Below are positions 59,169-64,000 of a stretch of 64,000 nt of DNA, in pieces. Within the stretch, counting starts at the first letter, position 1; each line of letters begins with the position of its first letter. This stretch comes from Armatimonadota bacterium (GTDB lineage Bacteria; Armatimonadota; SYMT01), in contig JAWLHY010000003.1 of NCBI GenBank assembly GCA_041690135.1, positions 672,001 to 736,000 on the forward strand, written 5' to 3'. The position numbers were made by a program, and so were the translations under genes. The notes beneath the pieces are model-generated. The model saw only the letters and a program-made list of their open reading frames with translations, was not told the origin of the DNA and made no database searches.

Positions 59169-59483
59169 CTATTCCTCGGAAGGAAAGCTCAGCCGGCAGC
59201 AGCCGAGGTCCAGTTCCTTTCCGGCCTCCGTCCCTTCCACTCCCGGAATGAGGCGGTAGAGGACGGCCTTCCCATCACGGATTCCTTCTACCAGCCCCGC
59301 GTCCCGGAGCGTGCGGAGATGGTGCGAGAGGAGACTCTGGTCGAGGTTCAGCACCTCGTTCAATTCCCCCACATGGCGGGGCCGCTCCAGGAGTAACTGA
59401 AGAACGGCCAGGCGCGTGGGATCGGATAGCGCCTTTAGCTTCTGCGCGCAGAAACTTGCGGATTCTTCGGGTTTCTCTTCCAC
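59169..59483 (-). CDS. ArsR/SmtB-family transcriptional regulator
   Basis: LKALSDPTRL.VL..L...P..VGEL...L...QS.LSHHL..LRDAGLV...RDG..V.Y; C-terminal LGCC. GTG start with GGAGG upstream. Confidence 0.9.
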   Translation of the reverse strand: MEEKPEESASFCAQKLKALSDPTRLAVLQLLLERPRHVGELNEVLNLDQSLLSHHLRTLRDAGLVEGIRDGKAVLYRLIPGVEGTEAGKELDLGCCRLSFPSEE

Positions 59484-59735
59484 GGGTCGCACCCCTCCGG
59501 CCGTGAGTGGGGGAGCCACCTGACTCCGGCTCCCCACGCACACCGCTCTCTAAGGTTACCCGACGGGGGCGGGGAATGCCTACTGCGGGAGCAAGGCGCG
59601 GTGGTCCGTCAGCAAAGCTCGCGATGCAGTTGCCGTTGTGGCGCGCCTGCAGGTGAAGTGATCGGCGATAACTGATAGGGACATGGCTGGCGCGACCGCC
59701 GTCCGGGCGAGGGCCGCAGCCGAAAGGAGTGCGAG

Positions 59736-60209
59736 GTGAGAAGAACGACTTGCTTGATGCTCGCGGCCGGCCTGATCGCGTCGGGGTTGTGCCTCGACCG
59801 CGCCGTCCGCGCCCAGGGTGCTGCCCGGAAGGCTCCGAACGTGGTGGGCGCCTGGACCGGGGAATGGCAGGACTACAAGCCGGCGCCGCCGGGCAAGGCT
59901 GACGGTGACAGGAAGAAGGGGAAGTCGGCCTATCCCCCGATGAACCTGCAGTGTGCCGTGACCGCGCTGGGCGACGGCAAGTACGAGGCGGTGTTCGAGG
60001 GCGACTGCGGACGCCCGTACAAGTACAAGATCAAGATGCAGGGCCGGGAAGTCGGGAACACCGTGCTCTTCAGCGGCACCGTGGATCTCGGGCCGATGGA
60101 CGGGGGCGTCTACGACTGGATCGGCAAGGCTAATGACAAGGAGTTCGTCGGCTTCTACACCAGCCAGGGGCACACGGGCAACTTCTCACTGGTACGAGCG
60201 CAGAAGTAA
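59736..60209 (+). CDS. Secreted hypothetical protein
   Basis: Signal peptide; high-GC3 coding pattern; W.GEW...GGVYDWIG...F.GFYTS. Confidence 0.75.
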   Translation: MRRTTCLMLAAGLIASGLCLDRAVRAQGAARKAPNVVGAWTGEWQDYKPAPPGKADGDRKKGKSAYPPMNLQCAVTALGDGKYEAVFEGDCGRPYKYKIKMQGREVGNTVLFSGTVDLGPMDGGVYDWIGKANDKEFVGFYTSQGHTGNFSLVRAQK

Positions 60210-60316
60210 GCTCTCACGTTCAACCGGCTCGATTCTGCTGCGGCTGGGTGTGCGTGGCTCTCGCTTCCCCGGCGACGGCGGTCACGCTGCCCGGCCGTAA
60301 TTGCTCCAGAAGCGTA

Positions 60317-63300
60317 CTACTCCAGTAAGAGCACGTCCACGCTCTTGAGGGGGAGCGTGAGCTTCACGGTGTCGCCCTCGGCGGCGCCGGTGATGGGGGA
60401 GCGCTCCACCGAGGTCACCTTCCGGATCCCCGGAACCCGGGGCACGGTGATGGTGACCTTATCCAGCGGGCGATCGGTCCAGTTGAGGAGCACCAGGGCC
60501 ACCCCTTTCTCGGACTGCAGCCGGCACACCTCCACCCCCTGCACGCTGGCCCAGGCCGGGCGCGAGGTCCGGGCCAGCCGGGCAGGCGCCACCGCCACGT
60601 GCCGCTGCCATTCCCCCCATCCCCGCGGCAGGCGGGACCGGTCGGAGCGGTCCGGGCTCACCCAATACTGCCAGCCGGGGAAGAAGGCGTAGAGCAGAAC
60701 GGACCCTTTCTCGTAACCTCGGGCCACCACGCCGGCCGCGCCGGAGCGGAAGCGGGCCACTGGTCGGCCCGCTTCCACGTCCAGGGGGATTACCGGTCCG
60801 TAGATCGGCATCGGCGGCGCCTGTCCGCGCGGGGTGCCGGCTTCTCCCGTGGGGATCGCCTCAGCCGCGACCTGGAGGAGATCGACCGGCGCCAGGTTTT
60901 CGGAGAGCTGGGGCGCCGTCTCGCGCACGGCGCGCCGCTCCTTCATGCCGACCACCGGATCGAGCAGGTCGGTGGGAGTGTTGTACTCGTCGGCAACGGC
61001 GGCTCCCGGCAGCACGGCGAGATGACCGCCCCCGGCCACCCAACCCCGCACCTGTTCCTGGGCCTTGCGGGCCAGGTTAGGGCCGGTGAGGTAGAGCACG
61101 GAGTAATTCTGGGTCGCCAGCGCGTCCCCGGCGAGATCATCGTCATCGACGAAGTCGACGGTGTACCCGGCGTGCGCCAGGGCATGGTGCAGCGACCAGA
61201 CCTCCTGGTGGTAGTGGGGCATCCGGGAGTCGTCGTCCCAGAGGCTGCTCGCGCTGGGGAGGTGGACCGCCACCTTCCCCCGCTCCGGCCGGCCGGGGTA
61301 GAGCAGCCGCTCCCCGCGCCCCACCAGGCGCAACGCCTCCGCGAGCGGGCGGTACACGTCCAGCCGCTCCGACCAGCAGTTGCCGGGGAAGAGGAACTCC
61401 GGCCCCCAGGTGAAGAAGTCGACCGTCTTCGCTCCGTGCCCGATCAGGGAGAGGATCTTGTACTTCGCGCCTTCCGGGTGCGCGCCCAGGGTCCGGCCGA
61501 TGACGTACCCCCCGAACGACTGCCGGCCCTGCATCGCGCCGGAGCGGAGAAGATCCGCTTTGGCGGACCACTGCTGCGCGTCCTGGTCCCCAAACCAGTC
61601 CTCGCTCCAGAGCATGTGCGCGTTGGCCCGCCCCGACTCGAACCAGTGGAAGCTGCCGTAGGCCGAGTCCGGATCGACCACCGGGTTATTGGCGATCTTC
61701 CGGTTCGGGGACGGGACGTACCACCGGCTGCCCCAGTTATTCCAGTTGACCGCGGCGTTCACGGGGCGCCCGAACGCCCGCTCCAGCGCCTCCCGCGCCA
61801 GGGCATGCCCCCGCACCGCGGCATCCGGAAAGAAGCGCATCGTCCAGTAGAACAGCTTCCGCCGCGGCAGGTCGGAGGCCACGCTCGCCCCGAGAGGGTA
61901 GACGTCGCTCCAGCCCTTCCGCCCCAACTCCTCCGGGGTCAGGCCCTGCTCTCGCAGGTAGGCGCGGAAGGTCTCCAGCCACACCGGGTTCCGCCGGATC
62001 TCCTGGAGCATGGTGGGGTAGTACCAGCCCGGCTCGTCCGCCAGCTTGAAATCGACCACGTCGGCGGGGGTACCGCCGTTCGTGTGGGAGATGCCCGCCA
62101 CGAGCTCTTTCGCCCAGCGGTCCAGCGTCTCTCGGCTCATCTTCGCGCTATCGAAATGGAAGTAGGAGGGCGGCGAATACACAGCCAGGGCTCGCCGGCT
62201 CAGCCCGAAGCTGTCCAGCACCCCATCGACCTGTTCCGGAGGGAGCGCCCCCCAGTTGTAGGCGTTAACGGTGTTGATCCCCAGCAGCGACAGCGCTTCG
62301 GCCTGGGTCTTCAACTGGCCCAGGTGCCCCTGCCCGCCCATGAGGTGGTAGGCGGCGATCACAAACTCCCGGGGTCGCTCTTCCGGCTTCAGCCCCCCGG
62401 CGCGGGCCGCCGCCAGGTACTTCCGGGCGTGCTCGCTGAGGAGCTCGATTGCGCCCACCCGCGCCGCCACCGGTTCGAAGGCGTAGCCGGGCAGGAAGAA
62501 CCCGACCGCGCTGCCCTGCACCTCCTCTTCCAGGGCCTTGAGAGTTTTCGTTCCCGGACCATCCGCCACTTCCAGCCGGACCCGCAGCCGCGCGAGGGGC
62601 GCTCCCTCGACGTGCAGGCGCAGGAAAACCGCTCCCAGACGATCGCGGAGGAGGCCGTCCAGGTTCTCCCAGGCGCCGGCCTGCTGGAGGGGCTGGGCGG
62701 CCAGCTTCTTCCGCCGATCTCCCGCCTCTATCGTCACCGGGAGCTGCGGAGGCAGAGTGCCCATGGCCGGCTCCGCTTCCAGGACCGTCACCCGGAGATG
62801 GGACCCGCTGAACCGGTTCCCTAGCGGGCCTCCGGGGAGAGGCTGCGTGAGGAGTACCGCCCGACCGCCGGCGCCGGCGGTAATACGGACCGCCGCCTGG
62901 CGGAAGCGGGATCCGGTGGGGCGGACCACCGGAAAGTCCCGGCCGGTGGGGCGCAGGGGCAGCGGTACATAGGCCGGACCCACTCCCTCCGGAATCGTCT
63001 TGCCGATCAGCGCATCCCGGAAGGTGGTGGGGAGACCCCACCAGAGGCGCCCGCCGCGCGGATCGACCGCATAGGGAGCCGTGCCGATCTCCGGACGCAC
63101 ATGGACCGCGCCCGCCGGGTTGCCGTCCGGCCCCAGCGGCCACTCGGCCATGGCGGCCTTCTCCCCCTCGCCGCGGCGCAGGTAAAGCGCGCGCGGGGTG
63201 TAGTCGAAGCGGAGGTAGCTCTGCTCCACTCCCGCCGCGTAGACCCGGGGCTGGCCCACCGGCTCTCCGGCTTTATTGAGGTCCAGGATCTCCAGGCGGT

Positions 63301-64000
63301 CCGGGTAGGTGCCGAGATAGAGGCGCTCCCCGCCCGGGCTGAACGCCAGGGTGTACTTGCCGTGCCCGCCCACGGGAAAGGCGCGCGGCTCTCCTCGCGG
63401 CTCCCCCTTGGAGTCCAGTTCATAGGAGTACACGGCGTTGCCGCCCCAGCCGACCATGTAGAGCCGGTCCAGCCGGGGGTGGCGCGCCATGGCCAGGAGC
63501 GACCGGTGGGGGTTTCCGCAGGCGTAGCTGCGCGGGCGGCCCCGGGGCTCGCCGTTGGCGTCCAGGTCGTAGACCGTGAGTAGCTGGTCGATCTCGGGCG
63601 TCTTCGCGGCGCCCAGGGTGCCGGTGAGATAGAGTTTACGCCGGTGGGAATCGACGAGGAGGCTGGTTACCGTCGCGTGCGTTTGATCGGGGAGGGGCAC
63701 GGGGCTATCCAGATAGCGGCGCGCGGCTCCCACGACGCTCCCATCCGGCGCGGGGGTGACGACGATCAGGTTCAGGCGTCTCCGGTCGTAGGAATGCTGC
63801 CGGCCCAGGTAGACCCGGTGCCCGTCGTCGCTGACCGCCATCGCTCCGGCGGTGCCGGGGATGCCCAGCGCCTCCAACGAGAGGACCACGGGCGCGGGCA
63901 CCGGGGGCGGGACAGGCTTTTTGCCCGGCGCGGGCTTGCGGGCGCCCGGCCGGGGGGCAGCGGGTTTGGCCGGCGCCGCCGCACCGAGGACGGCGGGGAC
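60317..64000 (-). CDS. Large secreted protein: N-terminal beta-propeller plus GH42-like catalytic and beta-galactosidase trimerisation domains (5' truncated)
   Basis: Frame is open to the window end (VPAVLGAAAPAKP...). Propeller-like repeats, LADEPGW, WSEDW, LAHAGYTVDFVDDDDL...YSVLYL...VRGWVAGGG. Confidence 0.7.
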   Translation of the reverse strand, partial: VPAVLGAAAPAKPAAPRPGARKPAPGKKPVPPPVPAPVVLSLEALGIPGTAGAMAVSDDGHRVYLGRQHSYDRRRLNLIVVTPAPDGSVVGAARRYLDSPVPLPDQTHATVTSLLVDSHRRKLYLTGTLGAAKTPEIDQLLTVYDLDANGEPRGRPRSYACGNPHRSLLAMARHPRLDRLYMVGWGGNAVYSYELDSKGEPRGEPRAFPVGGHGKYTLAFSPGGERLYLGTYPDRLEILDLNKAGEPVGQPRVYAAGVEQSYLRFDYTPRALYLRRGEGEKAAMAEWPLGPDGNPAGAVHVRPEIGTAPYAVDPRGGRLWWGLPTTFRDALIGKTIPEGVGPAYVPLPLRPTGRDFPVVRPTGSRFRQAAVRITAGAGGRAVLLTQPLPGGPLGNRFSGSHLRVTVLEAEPAMGTLPPQLPVTIEAGDRRKKLAAQPLQQAGAWENLDGLLRDRLGAVFLRLHVEGAPLARLRVRLEVADGPGTKTLKALEEEVQGSAVGFFLPGYAFEPVAARVGAIELLSEHARKYLAAARAGGLKPEERPREFVIAAYHLMGGQGHLGQLKTQAEALSLLGINTVNAYNWGALPPEQVDGVLDSFGLSRRALAVYSPPSYFHFDSAKMSRETLDRWAKELVAGISHTNGGTPADVVDFKLADEPGWYYPTMLQEIRRNPVWLETFRAYLREQGLTPEELGRKGWSDVYPLGASVASDLPRRKLFYWTMRFFPDAAVRGHALAREALERAFGRPVNAAVNWNNWGSRWYVPSPNRKIANNPVVDPDSAYGSFHWFESGRANAHMLWSEDWFGDQDAQQWSAKADLLRSGAMQGRQSFGGYVIGRTLGAHPEGAKYKILSLIGHGAKTVDFFTWGPEFLFPGNCWSERLDVYRPLAEALRLVGRGERLLYPGRPERGKVAVHLPSASSLWDDDSRMPHYHQEVWSLHHALAHAGYTVDFVDDDDLAGDALATQNYSVLYLTGPNLARKAQEQVRGWVAGGGHLAVLPGAAVADEYNTPTDLLDPVVGMKERRAVRETAPQLSENLAPVDLLQVAAEAIPTGEAGTPRGQAPPMPIYGPVIPLDVEAGRPVARFRSGAAGVVARGYEKGSVLLYAFFPGWQYWVSPDRSDRSRLPRGWGEWQRHVAVAPARLARTSRPAWASVQGVEVCRLQSEKGVALVLLNWTDRPLDKVTITVPRVPGIRKVTSVERSPITGAAEGDTVKLTLPLKSVDVLLLE

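Overview
High-GC bacterial DNA, probably Armatimonadota or a similar lineage. This is inferred from the '[26 protein letters not shown]' prepilin-like gene, the PEP-CTERM/exosortase pair and the PPC-repeat protein. Contents from left to right: (1) an orphan SigB/SigF-type sigma factor divergent from three K+/cation transport genes and a PAS-GAF hybrid kinase. (2) A tightly packed minus-strand RiPP-like operon (11787-19690): radical SAM/SPASM enzyme, a 59-aa Cys-containing precursor missing from the supplied ORF track (18260-18439), HPr-kinase-like protein, S24/S26 peptidase, a secreted gingipain/C25 protein, nucleotidyltransferase and PqqD/RRE, with a divergent sulfotransferase. (3) A duplicated non-coding element with long inverted repeats. 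(4) A plasmid-type replication initiator with about 14 upstream 22-bp iteron-like repeats. (5) ClcA, a PPC protein, an A+T-richer island with a frameshifted ankyrin gene, and assorted enzymes. (6) An exosortase plus PEP-CTERM pair and a ParDE toxin-antitoxin pair. (7) An isc Fe-S operon led by a Cys-rich MarR regulator instead of IscR, with a palindromic operator and with a deacetylase and an FNR-like reductase inserted. (8) A truncated large GH42-like protein at the right edge. No rRNA, tRNA or CRISPR array was seen. The best candidates for undescribed systems are the hybrid rSAM/kinase/NTase/C25 RiPP locus, the MarR-controlled isc operon and the iteron replicon. All family assignments come from motif recognition by eye; no database searches were run.
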